Below, one piece after another: positions 62,662 to 64,000 of a DNA stretch of 64,000 nt. Origin of the DNA: Candidatus Saccharimonadia bacterium (GTDB lineage Bacteria; Patescibacteriota; Saccharimonadia; Saccharimonadales; 2-12-FULL-41-12); assembly GCA_963717365.1 (NCBI GenBank), contig OY970327.1, forward strand, positions 927,752-991,751, written 5' to 3'. Position 1 is the first letter of the stretch; every line of letters begins with the position of its first letter. Made by a program: the position numbers and the translations under genes. The notes below the pieces were generated by a model, which saw only the letters and a list, made by a program, of their open reading frames with translations, was not told where the DNA came from and ran no database searches.

Positions 62662-63792
62662 ATGCCGATATCGATACATGAGAAAGAACCAGCCCTTGCC
62701 CAAGAGCGGGTGGTTGACATGTATGAGCGCCGCTATAATGACACCACAACGCTTGCGGCGGAGATGTTGGACGGCAGTATGCAGTCGTCATTTGAGTATG
62801 AATTTGACGGACAAGAATTATACGCCCAGGACGGCAGTGCTATTGGTGAAATTTTTGAAACTGCTGAAAAAAATGCTCATGAGATTATCCGTGAAGATCC
62901 ACGTTTAGCCTGCGAAATAAGACGCCGTGCCTTAGAAATGAGCGAATATCATGACATGGTTGCTATGGCTAAGGGAGATGGCCCTAATACAATGATCGTT
63001 GTGTCTGATACTCCATGGGAACTTGATGAATGGGAGGAAGACGTTGGAGGTTACAACTACAAACGAAGGCAAACCATGAAACGGGTGATTTGCAGGCTGC
63101 CCAATGGTAATATTCGGGTAACTTCGCAAACTCTTGACGGAAGTGACCGTGACGGGCTAGAGAGTATCTATGCGTACTTTGGCCAACAACCTCAACCAGG
63201 GGAATTATTAGGCCAGAGAATTAAAGTCGATATAGATGCAGATAGGCAAGACTTATTGCCAGATGAGCTTACAAGGGAGTACGACCGGACACTAGAACAG
63301 AAATTTGGCGGTCGTTATTTTGCTGGTCGAACTCCGGCCGATATGGATAATACCTACCAGTTCGTACGCCATCAGGAAGATCTAATAGGTACATTTATGG
63401 GCAAGTCTGGCACCGATCAAGATTTATTTGGCCTGATTGCAGCCTTAGAGAATCGTTGGAATAGCCGTAAAGCGAAACAGGGAGTTTTACCAAAGACAGA
63501 GAACTTTGTGGCGGTTTGCAGAGGATTGTCCCCCGAGCTTGAAATGCAACACATGGCACAAAGAGCTATGCAGCAAGGTAAAACGTACAGTGGCTGCGGA
63601 GTTACACTAAGTGCAGATGGCGAACTGGATGCGCTTGGTTACGGCAATAAAGTACATGAAAAGCAGGAATGGTATGGCCGGCCGGGACAAAAAAAGACTG
63701 GCAAGTGCGTCAATTGCAAAGAAGGCCCAAAAGAAGTAGGTGAGAAAAACTGGTGCAAGGGCTGCATTACCGGGCACTGCGGCACAAAATAG
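62662..63792 (+). CDS. Hypothetical protein with C-terminal Cys4 zinc-ribbon
   Basis: 376 aa. No recognised domain except the terminal GKCVNCKEGPKEVGEKNWCKGCITGHCG (CxxC...CxxC). Preceded by a 236-nt untranslated spacer. Confidence 0.55.
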   Translation: MPISIHEKEPALAQERVVDMYERRYNDTTTLAAEMLDGSMQSSFEYEFDGQELYAQDGSAIGEIFETAEKNAHEIIREDPRLACEIRRRALEMSEYHDMVAMAKGDGPNTMIVVSDTPWELDEWEEDVGGYNYKRRQTMKRVICRLPNGNIRVTSQTLDGSDRDGLESIYAYFGQQPQPGELLGQRIKVDIDADRQDLLPDELTREYDRTLEQKFGGRYFAGRTPADMDNTYQFVRHQEDLIGTFMGKSGTDQDLFGLIAALENRWNSRKAKQGVLPKTENFVAVCRGLSPELEMQHMAQRAMQQGKTYSGCGVTLSADGELDALGYGNKVHEKQEWYGRPGQKKTGKCVNCKEGPKEVGEKNWCKGCITGHCGTK

Positions 63793-63807
63793 CAATGCTG
63801 TCGCTAC

Positions 63808-64000
63808 CTAAGGCAACGGTCCCGACAAATGTGCTTCCAGATAGGCCAAGTGCTTGCGGCGGTATTTTTCGAAATCATGTTTGTTAACTCCGGCGCGTTT
63901 AATAAAGGCGCTCATGCGCTCGCTGCCAATATGGTGGGGGATCATGACGTAGCTGGCACCAGCTTCATACAGATCTGTCGCTTGTTTAATATTATCGGCA
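63808..64000 (-). CDS. C-terminal fragment of an RCK/TrkA-N-domain protein (K+ transport / cation:proton antiporter-associated), 5' end outside window
   Basis: Hand translation of the minus strand gives ...ADNIKQATDLYEAGASYVMIPHHIGSERMSAFIKRAGVNKHDFEKYRRKHLAYLEAHLSGPLP*. The ...AGA.YV..P... segment is typical of the end of TrkA-N/RCK Rossmann domains. Confidence 0.45.
   Translation of the reverse strand, partial: ADNIKQATDLYEAGASYVMIPHHIGSERMSAFIKRAGVNKHDFEKYRRKHLAYLEAHLSGPLP

Noticed and set aside
1-64000. Searched for CRISPR arrays, rRNA genes, transposases, integrases and prophage blocks.
   Set aside because: No regularly spaced direct repeats, no 16S/23S/5S-like sequence and no DDE/tyrosine/serine recombinase motifs turned up in any long ORF.

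Overview
Chromosomal window spanning the replication origin of a small-genome, monoderm-type bacterium. Gene content suggests Patescibacteria/CPR, Saccharibacteria-like, but that is inference only. Layout: (i) 1-11.0 kb, + strand: a minimal Gram-positive-type T4SS-like cluster. It holds a PrgI/VirB3-like protein, a Q/P-rich unknown, a VirB4 ATPase, a 1039-aa polytopic CHAP protein, a three-module peptidoglycan hydrolase and two unknown membrane-anchored proteins. (ii) 11.1-11.7 kb: VapBC-type toxin-antitoxin pair. (iii) 11.8-18.0 kb: origin core, recF-dnaN-dnaA (minus) and rpmH-rnpA-yidC-jag (plus), with DnaA-box-like clusters on both sides of dnaA. (iv) 18-21.3 kb: two secreted, C-terminally anchored proteins, including a 925-aa SGNH hydrolase. 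(v) 21.6-56.5 kb: a very large mosaic cell-surface glycan region. It contains GT4/GT2 transferases, an O-antigen-ligase-like protein, a Wzm/Wzt ABC exporter followed by a coiled-coil methyltransferase, and DUF2142. It also contains a low-GC L-FucNAc cassette (fnlABC-wbuB), rmlABCD, manC, PMM, galE, glmS, three Nudix-type proteins, a second VapBC pair and a WbaP-type initiating transferase. (vi) 56.5-58.7 kb: an RNA-rich, gene-poor stretch with a 170-nt near-perfect hairpin, gtrA plus a DNA-binding-domain-only LexA-like protein, and a promoter/terminator-bounded sRNA candidate. It also has a 40-aa ORF, a 117-nt atypical tRNA-like gene and a 99-nt hairpin with a U-tract. (vii) 58.7-64 kb: a tightly coupled NDT-like + HD/DUF1152-like gene pair of unknown function, uppP, a Zn-ribbon unknown and a partial RCK-domain gene. 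No rRNA, CRISPR array, transposase or integrase was seen. The genetic code looks standard, since TGA terminates conserved genes. All functional calls come from motif recognition by eye; no database search was run.
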